Below are positions 44,909-45,150 of a stretch of 45,150 nucleotides of DNA, piece after piece. The position numbers and the translations under genes are program-made. Under the pieces are notes generated by a model, which did no database searches, had not been told where the DNA came from, and saw only the letters and a list, made by a program, of their open reading frames with translations. Source of the DNA: a virus (Duplodnaviria; Caudoviricetes); the IMG/VR virus record IMGVR_UViG_3300048890_000033, positions 1 to 45,150 of that record. The stretch is one strand, 5' to 3'. Position 1 is the stretch's first letter, and each line of letters opens with the position of its first letter.

Positions 44909-44991
44909 GCCGTAAACGCCAAGGTAAGCAGAACCATGACCGCAGCGGCAGCCGCGATACCTATGCCGGATCTGATGAGTATCGAGTTCAT
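44905..44991 (-). CDS. Small TM peptide (28 aa)
   Basis: GGAG SD, hydrophobic, ATGA coupling. Confidence 0.45.
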   Translation of the reverse strand: MNSILIRSGIGIAAAAAVMVLLTLAFTA

Positions 44992-45023
44992 GTGCTGAGC
45001 TCCGTGGTTGAGATTTTCAGAAG

Positions 45024-45150
45024 CGTGCTATTCCGGGACAGTGCCCCGATACCTTGATTAATGCTGTGGACGCGGAGTCCGGCTGGTGTTTTCATAATCG
45101 TAATGAATACGAGCAACCCGAATCGGGCCGACCACGCCATCCCCACCACA
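45024..45150. repeat. Terminal direct repeat, copy 2
   Basis: Identical to 1-127. Confidence 0.95.

Larger units (their letters stand above)
1..45023. mobile_element. Complete temperate podovirus-like phage genome (circular/excised form)
   Basis: Integrase, intact attP, repressor switch, terminase, portal, capsid, tail hub, ejection proteins and lysis cassette; no host chromosomal flanks. Confidence 0.95.

Noticed and set aside
1-45150. CRISPR array, rRNA, IS element or tape measure gene
   Set aside because: No regularly spaced repeats, transposase motifs or long-tail genes seen

Overview
The window is a complete, circularly assembled temperate phage genome of about 45,023 bp; the first 127 bp recur at the end. 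It is podovirus-like: P22-type portal, tail hub and ejection proteins, no tape measure. The host is probably an alphaproteobacterium such as a sphingomonad (inferred from GcrA-like, DUF1376 and RcGTA spike-base-like genes and high GC). A cro/cI-like switch with paired 15-bp operators (378-1434) separates two transcription arms. The + strand arm carries recombination genes (Rad52/Sak-like, SSB, NinB, HNH), xis/int, an attP with a tRNA-3'-like core, and many small accessory ORFs. The - strand arm carries a DNA methylase, GcrA-like HTH, RusA-like nuclease, a DUF1376 initiator with an internal origin, a split primase-helicase, terminase, portal, GroES, capsid, tail, ejection proteins, receptor-binding proteins and lysis genes. 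Most notable: (1) a shared box plus start-occluding hairpin in three to four late-gene leaders; (2) an RcGTA-type head-spike base with a distant BNR-propeller protein bearing the matching anchor-like N-terminus; (3) two antisense morons, a SAM methyltransferase with a beta-rich C-terminal module and a leaderless lipoprotein, flanking the tailspike; (4) a primase zinc-binding domain out of frame with its TOPRIM-helicase. All product calls come from motif recognition by eye, not database searches.
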